Of a DNA stretch of 64,000 nucleotides, positions 38,439-48,260 are shown piece after piece (positions within the stretch are counted from its first letter, which is position 1; the number at the start of each line of letters is the position of its first letter). Source of the stretch: a virus (lineage: Duplodnaviria; Caudoviricetes). A program made the position numbers and the translations under genes. The stretch covers positions 1 to 64,000 of the IMG/VR virus record IMGVR_UViG_3300031760_000032. One strand, written 5' to 3'. The notes under the pieces are model-generated. The model saw nothing but the letters and a program-made list of their open reading frames with translations. It did not search any database and was not told the origin of the DNA.

Positions 38439-38783
38439 ATGAATAAGGGAACAGTAATAGCTGAAAACACAGGCAAGACTTACAAGCAGCTCAAGGAGTT
38501 CGGTCTCTTTGAACTCATGCCAAACGGATTTAACGTATATCTCGATGATGAAGATATCGTTAAATCCGATGACTCATACTATGCTCATTTTGAGTATAGT
38601 TTAGATGAGGGTGTATATAAGACACCTAATGGTATTGTATTAACTTCAGAAGAATTAATGGAGTCCAATGTGACTTTCATTGGTTCTGACCCTATGGGTG
38701 ATTTCGAAGTGCCTGCATTATGGATTATTCCAAATGATGCATGGTATGAAAAACAGAAGAGAATTGATGAAGCCCTAAAATAA
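38439..38783 (+). CDS. Hypothetical protein
   Basis: 114 aa, AGGAGG SD; terminator 38822-60 downstream. Confidence 0.65.
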   Translation: MNKGTVIAENTGKTYKQLKEFGLFELMPNGFNVYLDDEDIVKSDDSYYAHFEYSLDEGVYKTPNGIVLTSEELMESNVTFIGSDPMGDFEVPALWIIPNDAWYEKQKRIDEALK

Positions 38784-38928
38784 TATGTCTAAACAGACAT
38801 ATTATAAGTTATTAAGAAAATACGTCAGCGTACCAATAGAGTACGCTGACGTTCATTTTTCCTTATTTTTTGTTTTAACGAACAGATAACATTGAAGTAA
38901 ACCAAATAAGAAAGGAGTCGTGTTTATC

Positions 38929-39432
38929 ATGACTGTAAAAGAATTTAAAGAAATATTTAAAGGAGATATAAAATTCTTTGATTATGTAACTGGAAAAGCT
39001 ATTGGTGAAGAATTTAAAACAGAGAAAAATGAATCACTACAAGAACTGGAAATCGCTAATATAGAATTAGGAATTAAAGCTAATTCTACTAACAGCAGAC
39101 CAAAATATTCTGCTAGCAAAAGCGAAGAATATTCAGCTTATGTGAAAGTTTTTGTAGACATTGATACAAAAACACTTAAAATGAGAGAAGCTGTTAGAAC
39201 TGTCGCTATGTCTCTATATAATACTTGGTATATTAGAGATACTGGAGATAATCTCTTATATACAAATGATGAATATTTTAAAGGCGATGCAGACCCAAGA
39301 TATATAGCGAATATAAAAGATTTACAAGTTAAGATTCTTAATTCTTTAGTAACTAAAATCAGAACTACTTTGTATAAAGATACTTCCAAATGGTCTATTA
39401 CATTTAATATTATTAATGAAGAAGAGGAGTGA
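38929..39432 (+). CDS. Hypothetical protein, MTVKE paralog family
   Basis: Starts MTVKEFKEIF; paralog of the next gene. Confidence 0.65.
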   Translation: MTVKEFKEIFKGDIKFFDYVTGKAIGEEFKTEKNESLQELEIANIELGIKANSTNSRPKYSASKSEEYSAYVKVFVDIDTKTLKMREAVRTVAMSLYNTWYIRDTGDNLLYTNDEYFKGDADPRYIANIKDLQVKILNSLVTKIRTTLYKDTSKWSITFNIINEEEE

Positions 39433-39438
39433 GTTATC

Positions 39439-39912
39439 ATGACTGTAAAAGAACTCAAAGATTTAATTACAGATATGAATAAGGTAAACTTTATCGACAT
39501 CGTATCTGGTAAACAAGTATCTATGCCTACAAACAAAGATGGCTCTATCAGGTCTAACTGGGAAAAGTTAGAGATTATCAAGCTACAACCAACCAGTAAT
39601 ATCGCAACCACTTATGACGGCTATAAACCAATGCTAAATGCTTATGTTGACCTGAAATATAAAACACTCACTTTAAGAGAACTCATCGATACTATGAGAT
39701 TAGAGTTTGACTATAGAGAGTGGCAAATCAAGACTTTTGAAAATATACTCTATACAAACGACGAAGTAATGAGTGGAAGCAATGTTTTCTTAGATGATAT
39801 TTCCAAATTACCTAGAGACATGATGGATAATATGATTGTACAAAATATTGCCTTTATTATTAATGGAGGCGGTAAGATAGTAATTACTGTTTTACCTAGA
39901 AGTAAGGAGTGA
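39439..39912 (+). CDS. Hypothetical protein, MTVKE paralog family
   Basis: Starts MTVKELKDLI; shares LYTNDE. Confidence 0.65.
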   Translation: MTVKELKDLITDMNKVNFIDIVSGKQVSMPTNKDGSIRSNWEKLEIIKLQPTSNIATTYDGYKPMLNAYVDLKYKTLTLRELIDTMRLEFDYREWQIKTFENILYTNDEVMSGSNVFLDDISKLPRDMMDNMIVQNIAFIINGGGKIVITVLPRSKE

Positions 39913-39918
39913 GTTATC

Positions 39919-40143
39919 ATGACCTTAAAAGAAGTATTGAAGAATTTGTCTGGTTATTACTTTATTCTTGATAAGGATACTGAGTGTATTTGTACAAACC
40001 ATCAAGACTATATTGATGAGTTGCCAGAAGCTACAGAAGAAATCTTAAAACAATATGAAGATTATGAAGTTTATAAGATATCCTCATCATATGATGGATG
40101 GTCTGACCCATGGATTGATTTATATATCGATAAGGAGAGTTAA
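39919..40143 (+). CDS. Hypothetical protein, MTLKE family
   Basis: 74 aa; same AGGAGTGAGTTATCATGAC start context as 39439. Confidence 0.6.
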   Translation: MTLKEVLKNLSGYYFILDKDTECICTNHQDYIDELPEATEEILKQYEDYEVYKISSSYDGWSDPWIDLYIDKES

Positions 40144-40144
40144 T

Positions 40145-40678
40145 ATGGAGTTATTTACACTCAACTCTAATGGAACAGTACCTTTAACTACAATGATAGA
40201 GGCACTTGAAAGAAGAAAATGCCGTTATGTAGTGAATCTCTTCGATGAGTTCTATGGAAATTATAGTAAATGGGCATCAGACCCAGTGTTATATGATGAC
40301 TTTACCCATAACTTCTTAGAGATTCGTAGAGGGGATGATAAAGAAACTATTGTAAAGAGAACGCTTCAAGAAGCTATTCCTAATATAGAGGATGTAGTTG
40401 TTGATGGTATAATACCGACGCATTTCTCTACAGAAGGTTCTTTCATGATAGTAGACCCAGAATATGAGCATTACTATATAATATACTGTAGACATAAATC
40501 TCAGTATGATGAATTTTTGAATTTCTTGCTCGGTCCACCAATGGACTTCAATAAACTTACATCTAGTCTTGCTAAAGTAGATGCGTTTGAGAAGAGTCTT
40601 ATTGGATGGAAAGAGGCTCGCAAATACGGAATGAACGAAAAGGACTTATTAAAGTCATATTATAAGGAGGGAAACTAA
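40145..40678 (+). CDS. Hypothetical protein
   Basis: Start refined to ATG 40145 (MELFTL) behind AAGGAG. Confidence 0.6.
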   Translation: MELFTLNSNGTVPLTTMIEALERRKCRYVVNLFDEFYGNYSKWASDPVLYDDFTHNFLEIRRGDDKETIVKRTLQEAIPNIEDVVVDGIIPTHFSTEGSFMIVDPEYEHYYIIYCRHKSQYDEFLNFLLGPPMDFNKLTSSLAKVDAFEKSLIGWKEARKYGMNEKDLLKSYYKEGN

Positions 40679-40679
40679 T

Positions 40680-41240
40680 ATGGATAAGAAGAAGATTACA
40701 TTAGGTGACATTAAGTCACTGATTATGTATACACCTACATATTTATTATTCGATAGAGATGAGAATGCAATTGATTCTACGACTATATCATTATCAGGGC
40801 ATGAAACTATTAACGATATTCCTGTAAAAGGCATATATGCAGAGGGTGGTATTATCTGTATAGTATTGGACTATAAACAAGATATCATCAAGGAGTTAGG
40901 TATACAGGATACTGACGTTCAACTTAGTGCTATACTTGCTATACTGATTAAGAGTGCACAACATATAAAGGTAGTAGAAACAATTAACAAAACAACATGT
41001 ACAGGTAATACCATATTCTCTATCAATGCAAATGGTGAGCTAAACTATAATTCATACTTTGAGTATATGCTTACTAAATTCAGTGAGACTGATAAAGATA
41101 CTGAAAAGGCTAAGGCTATAAGAGAAGGAGTCAAAGACAAGATAAAAGAAGTCATGCAGTACAATGTTAATAATGTAGAAGCTAAAAAAGATGAGTTTAC
41201 TGATATAATATATTATATCGTATACATATCTAAAGACTAA
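40680..41240 (+). CDS. Hypothetical protein
   Basis: 186 aa, AAGGAGG SD. Confidence 0.6.
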   Translation: MDKKKITLGDIKSLIMYTPTYLLFDRDENAIDSTTISLSGHETINDIPVKGIYAEGGIICIVLDYKQDIIKELGIQDTDVQLSAILAILIKSAQHIKVVETINKTTCTGNTIFSINANGELNYNSYFEYMLTKFSETDKDTEKAKAIREGVKDKIKEVMQYNVNNVEAKKDEFTDIIYYIVYISKD

Positions 41241-41250
41241 GGAGGATAAT

Positions 41251-44200
41251 ATGATGCAGGTAATTAAACGTGACGGTAAGACAATTGAAGAATTTGATGA
41301 CAATAAGATACGTACTGCAATTATGAAAGCAGTAGAAGGCTCACATTCTAAGGAAGAGCTTAAAGAGAGATTTGATGAGTCAAAACTAAACGACTTAATA
41401 GCAAAAATCTGGCTTGATATAGTGCTTCAGTGCAATAAGTCTGAATTAATGGATGACAGAGTTGCCATTGAAGTAGAGAAGATTCAGGATATTGTAGAAC
41501 GTAATCTTATCAAAGCTGGCTTTGCTGATACTGCTAAAGCATATATCTTATATCGTAGAAAGAGAGACGAAATTCGTAGTACGAGAGATAGTATCTCTAA
41601 AACAATCTCTGATGTACTTATGAGTGACTCTAAAGACAGTGATACTAAACGTGAGAATGCTAATATTGACGGTAATACAGCTATGGGTACTATGCTGCAG
41701 GTTGGTGCTAATGTATCCAAGAATTATTATCTCAATAATATGATGAGTAAAGATATTGCTAAAGCGCATATTGATGGATATATTCATATTCACGACCTTG
41801 ACTTCTATAAACTTACAGTTACTTGTTGTCAAATTGATTTTGAGAAACTTGCTAAGGGTGGTTTTAATACAGGTCACGGTTATTTAAGAGAACCGCAGTC
41901 GATTGGCTCTTATGCTACTCTTGCAGCTATTGCAATTCAATCAGACCAAAATGATTGCCATAGTTTCTGTGGCTCTATTCAGAAATGAATAGATAAAAAC
42001 GGCGTGAACCTGTTTATCAGCAGGGTGTAAAAGAATCGTTAAGATTTGAGTAGTAAATGACTCATTAATTCTTTTGCTAACGGGGGATACACCAGAATCC
42101 CGTGCCAAGCTTCTTCTATAATCTCACTACTATTATATTAGGTGGTGATATTATGATTAAAATAAATGAACTCTATAGCTTAGAGAATATATCAGATTGT
42201 TATTATGTAAACGATAATCATATTAAAAATACTTATGGTATATTAAGAATAGAGATTATAGAAGATAGAAGGTCTAGAGACTATCGAAAGGATATATATC
42301 TCGCTTAAGGAGATTGAAAACCGAGTAGAGTAGGGCTGAGATTGATACAGACCCAAAGTGCGTCGGAGCTGACCGCTTGAAGGCGAAGCTCATGATATAG
42401 TCCTGGTTATGTAGTGTAACCAGGGTGGACAATCTATTCCTAATTTTGATTATTCTATGACACCAGGTATCTATAAATCATTCAGAAAAGCACTAAAACG
42501 TAATACTGATAAATTCAATGAGTTTAATGCTGAAGAAGAACTCAGTATAGTAGATAATGATATGAATGACGAATATATTGATAAACTTCTTGTTGATGAT
42601 ATGGATTGGAATGGTAATCTTAGAAAGATTCTAAATGTCACTAGAAAAGACTTAGAGCGTGAGTGTTATCAAGCTATGGAGGGATTTGTTCATAATCTTA
42701 ATACACTTCATTCTAGAGCAGGTGGACAGGTAAAATAAGTTGCCTAGTATAATGGAAACATTATACGGAGTTCGGGCAAAATCGGTGAAGGCTTGTTTCA
42801 TATCACATTTGAAAGGTGGTATGATATGTCTATTATAATATCAAATGATTATAAACAAATGATAGTGAACGATTATAGTTCACATGTTCAAACAATTGAA
42901 TCTTTAAGTCATAAATATAACTTAAGCCGTCCTACTATAATTAAAATTCTTAAAGAATATAATATACCTACGTATACTAAACAACAATTGTATTCTATAG
43001 GACTTAAAGAAGATATCTTTAGTGTTATAGATACAGAAGAAAAAGCATACTTTTTAGGATTTTTATTAGCAGATGGATGTGTATTCTATGATAAGAATAG
43101 ATTGAACGCTTCTCCAAAAATATTATTTGGATTAAAAAGTGAAGATTCTTATATGGTAGAATTATTCCATAAGTTTATAAATGCTCAAACTTCTTTACGA
43201 ATTGATAATAGGGCTGGTAAAGGCACAGTAAATTGTGTAGTTTCAAGTTTTAAAATGGCTGAAGATTTAAGTTTTATGGCATAGCTAATCCAAAATTTCT
43301 TAGACCATTACCTATAGTAAGATATGATTTAGTACATCATCTTATTAGAGGTTTCTTTGATGGAGATGGTTGTTTTACATTCAGATTAGCACATCCAGAA
43401 CGTAAGATATGTAATTCATATTCTGGAAAAGTCGCTCTTGTAACATATGAGATATTAAAAGAAGATATAATAAGAATACTTGAATGTATCGGTATATCTC
43501 ATTGGCTAACTGAAAGATGTAATAGTCAGATATATTTAGAAATGGTTGATATTAGAAGAAAGGATGAAATAGCTTTATTCTATAATTTCATATATCAAAA
43601 TGCTACAATATATCTCACTAGAAAGAAAGAAAAGTTTGAACAGTATTTTCAATTAAATCATATGATATGAAACATGTTAATACCGAGGTAACTTTATACT
43701 TTAACAAGTATAAGAACCGTAACGAGTAGTGGTTGAAACTCTTATAGAGAATATAATACCACCAAGAGTGTCCGACACAATAATCTATAGGATTATTCGT
43801 TCAATTTCACCGCATTGAATGCCTAACGTTAAACGAGGGTGAAAATCTACTCTGAGCTGGTCTGAATTAACAGACGTATCGTTTTGAAAATATAAACGTA
43901 TGAGCGAAATCATAAGCTCCAGAAGTATAGGATAAAGAGCCTATACGATAACATAACTGACCTTTTTCATCAATCAACTTGGGTACAGATACTTCTAATG
44001 CAGGACGTATGGTTATTAAGAATCTTCTCCTTGCTATGGAAGCTGGATTGGGACATGGTGAAACTTGTATCTTCCCGATTGTAATCTTTAAGGTAAAAGA
44101 AGGAGTAAACTATAATCCAGAAGACCCGAATTATGATTTACTTCAATTATCTTATAGAGTTACTGGTAAGCGTCTGTTTCCTAATTACGTATTTCTTGAC

Positions 44201-45244
44201 TCGCCGTTTAATCTTCAATATTATAAACCAGGTCATCCTGAAACTGAAGTAGCACAGATGGGATGTAGAACCCGTGTAATCGGAAATGTCTATGACCCGA
44301 CAAGAGAGATTTCTCACTCTAGAGGTAATCTTTCTTTCACTACAATTAATCTTCCTATGCTTGCTATTGAAGCTAATCATGACGAAAAGAAATTCTATGA
44401 GCTTCTTGATAAGTATTTAGAGCTTGTAAAGAAACAACTCTTAGAAAGATTTGAAATTCAGTCTCATCTTAAGGTAAAGAATCTTCCTTTCCTTATGGGA
44501 CAAGGTGTATGGCTTGATTCTGAAAAACTTGGTCCAGAAGATGAAGTTGGAGAAGTACTTAAACACGGTTCTCTTTCTATTGGCTTTGTTGGACTTGCAG
44601 AAGCATTAGTTGCACTATATGGTCATCATCATGGTGAGGGTCAAGAGTATTGGGATAAGGGATATGCTATTGTAAAACATATGAGAGAGTATACAGATAA
44701 GGTAGCTTCTGAAACTCATCTTAATTTCTCTGTACTTGCTACACCTGCAGAAGGTCTGTGTGGTTCTGCATTAAGAAAGTGTAGAGCTAAGTATGGTGTA
44801 ATTGAAGGTGTTACAGATAGAGACTATTTCACTAATAGCAATCATATTCCAGTTTATTATAATATTACAGCATATGATAAGATTAGACTCGAAGCACCTT
44901 TCCATGAACTTACAAATGCAGGTCATATTGCATATATTGAAATCGACGGCGACGCTGCATCTAACGTTAAGGCAATCGAAGCCATTGTTAAGTGTATGCA
45001 TGACCAAGGTGTAGGATATGGTGCTATTAATCATCCAGTAGATAGAGACCCTGTATGTGGATATACTGGAGTTATTGGCGATACTTGTCCTTATTGTGGA
45101 CGTAAAGAAGAAGACGGTATTAAGTTTGACAGAATCAGACGTGTAACAGGATATCTTTCTGGTACATTAGACACTTTTAATGATGCAAAGAAGGCTGAAG
45201 AAAAAGACCGTGTAAAACATGGTGCTAGATTCCATGAAGAGTAA
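41251..45244 (+). CDS. nrdD: Anaerobic (class III) ribonucleoside-triphosphate reductase, spliced: exons 41251-41961, 42424-42731, 43960-45244 (767 aa)
   Basis: ATP cone VIKRDG, HIHDLDF, TCC, joined NDCH|GGQSIPNFD and RAGGQV|PFSSINLGTD, QMGCR, CxxC..CxxC, glycyl-radical RRVTGYL. Confidence 0.92.
41962..42423 (+). mobile_element. Group I intron 1 in nrdD (462 nt)
   Basis: Exon ends in U, intron ends in G; P1 GCCAU/GUGGC; AATCCCGTGCCAAG 42096-109, GAGACTA 42277-83, GATATAGTCC 42394-403; removal restores the frame. Confidence 0.88.
42153..42308 (+). pseudogene. Truncated intron-encoded ORF, probable homing endonuclease remnant
   Basis: SD AGGTGGTG then MIKINELYSLENISDCYYVND, running into the intron core after about 51 codons. 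Confidence 0.45.
42732..43959 (+). mobile_element. Group I intron 2 in nrdD (1228 nt)
   Basis: Splits Val codon GT|A; P1 AGGUAA/UUGCCU; P4 TCGGTG (42782-87)/TACCGA (43681-86); P7 GAGTAG (43724-29)/CTACTC (43847-52); terminal G. Confidence 0.88.
42826..43670 (+). pseudogene. LAGLIDADG homing endonuclease with N-terminal HTH, frameshifted at about 43275
   Basis: Motif 1 AYFLGFLLADGC in frame 0; motif 2 HHLIRGFFDGDGC in the -1 frame after the T4 run at 43272-75; ends TGA 43670. Confidence 0.8.
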
Positions 45245-45250
45245 TTAATA

Positions 45251-45281
45251 AGAGAGTGGTGTAAATATTACACCACTCTCT
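45251..45281 (+). terminator. Hairpin terminator after nrdD
   Basis: AGAGAGTGGTGTAA / TTACACCACTCTCT. Confidence 0.7.
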
Positions 45282-45352
45282 ACATATAAATAATGATATG
45301 GATTTTGGATTTTCGTATCATAATAAAATAATATCCTTAAGGAGGAATATAT

Positions 45353-45685
45353 ATGTATAATGTAATTCTTCAAGATGATGGCACGCATGCACCTTGGTGT
45401 AATTGTCCAAGATGTGGTGAAAACGCAATCTCTAGAGAAGAAATTAATAAGAAATTCGGAACTAGAGTAATGGCAAATAAAAAAAGAATCCCTCAGTCTA
45501 ATTGTAGAGACTGTAGAAGTGAGGAGAGAAAAGACCCAGTAAAACAGAAGGATATCTTTACTAAAGAAGAAAGAGACATTATTAGAAATGGTAAATCTTT
45601 ATTTATGCCATGGAGGTATGAAGATTTAGATAGATTTTATTATATTATAGCACATGCTGCTCCAAATGTAAAATATGTATATTAA
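45353..45685 (+). CDS. Small zinc-finger-like protein
   Basis: CNCPRCG...QSNCRDCR. Confidence 0.6.
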   Translation: MYNVILQDDGTHAPWCNCPRCGENAISREEINKKFGTRVMANKKRIPQSNCRDCRSEERKDPVKQKDIFTKEERDIIRNGKSLFMPWRYEDLDRFYYIIAHAAPNVKYVY

Positions 45686-45708
45686 TCAATTTCAAGAAGG
45701 AATATATT

Positions 45709-46044
45709 ATGAACAACAAGAATATCAAAAACAGAGCTTATGAGTTTCTTAAAACTCAACCAGAAACTAGACTTGATGATAGAGCTCTAGGATTCGCATT
45801 TGTAAAGGCTTCTCCTAATTATGTAATTCAACCTATTAGTCTTGAAGAGTACTTAACTGTATCAGTAGAATATCTTTTCAATTTCTATGGTATGCCTAGA
45901 TTGGAGACTATTGGTCGTTATCGTAGAGAATTTCTCAGAACTAATCAGGTATTTAAACCTAATAATGATGCTAATACAAGAGCTACAGACCCAAGTAAGA
46001 AGTTTAAGGCTGGACCCGAAAGTTTGTTCACTCAATATAAATAA
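45709..46044 (+). CDS. Hypothetical protein
   Basis: 111 aa, AGAAGGA SD. Confidence 0.6.
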   Translation: MNNKNIKNRAYEFLKTQPETRLDDRALGFAFVKASPNYVIQPISLEEYLTVSVEYLFNFYGMPRLETIGRYRREFLRTNQVFKPNNDANTRATDPSKKFKAGPESLFTQYK

Positions 46045-46117
46045 TATTTATATAATATTAAGGTGAGTAGCAATGCTACTCACCTTATTTTAATCTTTAT
46101 GAAAGGAACAAAATCTT

Positions 46118-46786
46118 ATGAGAAACGAAAACTTTTTATCAAATGACGTCATAAAAAGGAACTGGGTATACATTGTTGTACCTGAAGAAATTTATGACGT
46201 ATTTGCTAATCAAGCAAAAACAGCTCATGTCTCAATGGCATCAATCTTTGGCAGATTTCTTATGTCTGCTAAATACGAAGAATTTAAAATAGCAGTAGAG
46301 AAACAGGAAGATTTTTCTGGCTCATTCAATATTGCTTGCGGATTCGACAACAAAAAGTTTAGCATACTTCTTAGGTATGCTAAAAGGCTAGGTGTACCTG
46401 TAAACCAAATGGTTAAACAATACACGCTATATAGCTTCAGAGATAAGTATGAAGTCTCTGTAAAAGATAACCCTATAGTGTATTCAAAATACATTAGGGT
46501 CGAGCCTTCATTTAAGAAGGCTGTGATACGAGTGCTTAATAGATATAATAAACTCAATAGCACTAACTATAAACTCAGCAAATTCATTGCTGGTATCTTA
46601 ACTGATAAAATTGATATCTCTGATATCAATTATAAGTCAAAAAGATATGATACTGGGAGTGGAAGTGAGTTTATCTATCTTAGCTTCACTGAAGAAGAGC
46701 ATAAATATGTATTTGCTAGAGCTGAAACTTGCAAAGAGTTCAGAAGATTAATAGCAAGATATATATCTAAGGACTTATCTCAGTAA
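46118..46786 (+). CDS. Putative DNA-binding protein with tandem ribbon-helix-helix-like units
   Basis: Repeated beta-strand + helix pairs (VYIVVPEEIY...; YIRVEPSFK...; IYLSFTEEEH...); early promoter 46049-56 with hairpin. Confidence 0.4.
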   Translation: MRNENFLSNDVIKRNWVYIVVPEEIYDVFANQAKTAHVSMASIFGRFLMSAKYEEFKIAVEKQEDFSGSFNIACGFDNKKFSILLRYAKRLGVPVNQMVKQYTLYSFRDKYEVSVKDNPIVYSKYIRVEPSFKKAVIRVLNRYNKLNSTNYKLSKFIAGILTDKIDISDINYKSKRYDTGSGSEFIYLSFTEEEHKYVFARAETCKEFRRLIARYISKDLSQ

Positions 46787-46865
46787 TATGATGGTAATTA
46801 GGTTGGAGATTAACATGTCTCCAACCTTTTTATAAAAATTTTATAATCGAAAGGAAAGAATTATT

Positions 46866-48110
46866 ATGAACAACATGAACAACAACGAGAGAAACCCCTT
46901 TGCAGAGGCTATTATGAAGCCTATGGAGGAAGAAATCAAAAACGCACATGACGAAATCGATAACTGTGAGAAGAACGGTGTTCGTTATGTAAACACTACT
47001 CACGAAGAATTCGCTAAGATGATGTGTGAAATACATAAAGATAATGCATCTGATTTCAATCTTTCTGCATTAAAGGTTACTGAATACAAGTGTGACCTTG
47101 GTCCTGGACCTGACGATGCTTCTAAAGATTGGGGTGCTATATATTTATTCCCTCACTATCTTATTAAGTCACCTAAGTATAGAATCGAACCTGATATCGA
47201 GGATACTGGCTTAGTAGACATTACTTATATCTGTACTTACAATGAGCTGCTTACAGTACTCATTGATAAGAAGGATATGTCCTGCGAAGGATTCAGAAGA
47301 TTCATATTTGATACTCTGGAAAATGCACTCCATACTGTCAACGGATGCAAGATTCCTAAGACAAAAGAGCCAGAGAATTATGCATCTTATCGTCAGTTAA
47401 TGACACTGATATGCTTTGTCAACAAATATAGCAAGTATCTTTATTATAGATTTAGATATGTGCTTGTTCATATTCTTGGCGATAATAAATGCCGTTATCG
47501 TCGTTATACTATCATTGCTATTGATGAGAAAGGCAGCAAAGTCAGAGATACCATGAATACTCATCTTGTTGAAAAATCTACAGTAAAAAAGACTGCTAAC
47601 GATTATAGAAATGATAATCCTAATTATAAGTATGAGGCAGCTATGAATTTCACAAAGATGAGTGATAAGATTGACTACGAGATTGCTAGTCATGATACTT
47701 TTATGGCTGACCTCATTACCTATTACGATGGTAATATCAGAAAGCTCGTAAAAGAGTTCAATGAGAAAGTAGATGAAATAGGCATCGAAGAAGCCTGGAA
47801 GACAAAGGTAGGCTTTATTATACTTAAATATATCGACTATATTGCCGAGTTTAAAACCGATAAAATGAAGCCCATTAAACTCTATGTAGATGATTATAAG
47901 CATTTATGCTTCACTGATAGAGTAAAGAAATCAGAAATCTCAAATAATTTCGGTATATTTCCTGCATTTCCTAAACCTGAGCCGAACTCAGACTACAAGT
48001 ATAATCCTGACGATTTCAAAGTTGACGATGATTATATTACAGAACCTGGTAGTATGATTATCATCTACGACAATAAAAATCTCAATAATCTTGAGGATGA
48101 TGTTGAATAA
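46866..48110 (+). CDS. Hypothetical protein
   Basis: 414 aa, GAAAGGA SD; terminator 48121-54. Confidence 0.65.
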   Translation: MNNMNNNERNPFAEAIMKPMEEEIKNAHDEIDNCEKNGVRYVNTTHEEFAKMMCEIHKDNASDFNLSALKVTEYKCDLGPGPDDASKDWGAIYLFPHYLIKSPKYRIEPDIEDTGLVDITYICTYNELLTVLIDKKDMSCEGFRRFIFDTLENALHTVNGCKIPKTKEPENYASYRQLMTLICFVNKYSKYLYYRFRYVLVHILGDNKCRYRRYTIIAIDEKGSKVRDTMNTHLVEKSTVKKTANDYRNDNPNYKYEAAMNFTKMSDKIDYEIASHDTFMADLITYYDGNIRKLVKEFNEKVDEIGIEEAWKTKVGFIILKYIDYIAEFKTDKMKPIKLYVDDYKHLCFTDRVKKSEISNNFGIFPAFPKPEPNSDYKYNPDDFKVDDDYITEPGSMIIIYDNKNLNNLEDDVE

Positions 48111-48260
48111 TCGTAATATAAAGAAGACTGGCTACTTGTCAGTCTTCTTTTTTTGCTTTGTATATTATTATTGTGATATGGGAGTCATAAACCCTATCCT
48201 GTGGAGGACCGCTAGCCCATAGAGGCACTATAAATTTATTATGGTCCAAGAGCAGTACCT

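Noticed and set aside
42102-42152. Track start of the 68 aa ORF at 42102
   Set aside because: It begins inside the intron Q element; the SD supports ATG 42153 instead.
41962-43959. Inteins or group II introns in nrdD
   Set aside because: The insertions contain stops and break the frame, have group I U/G boundaries and P4/P7 elements, and lack GUGYG...AY ends or an RT ORF.
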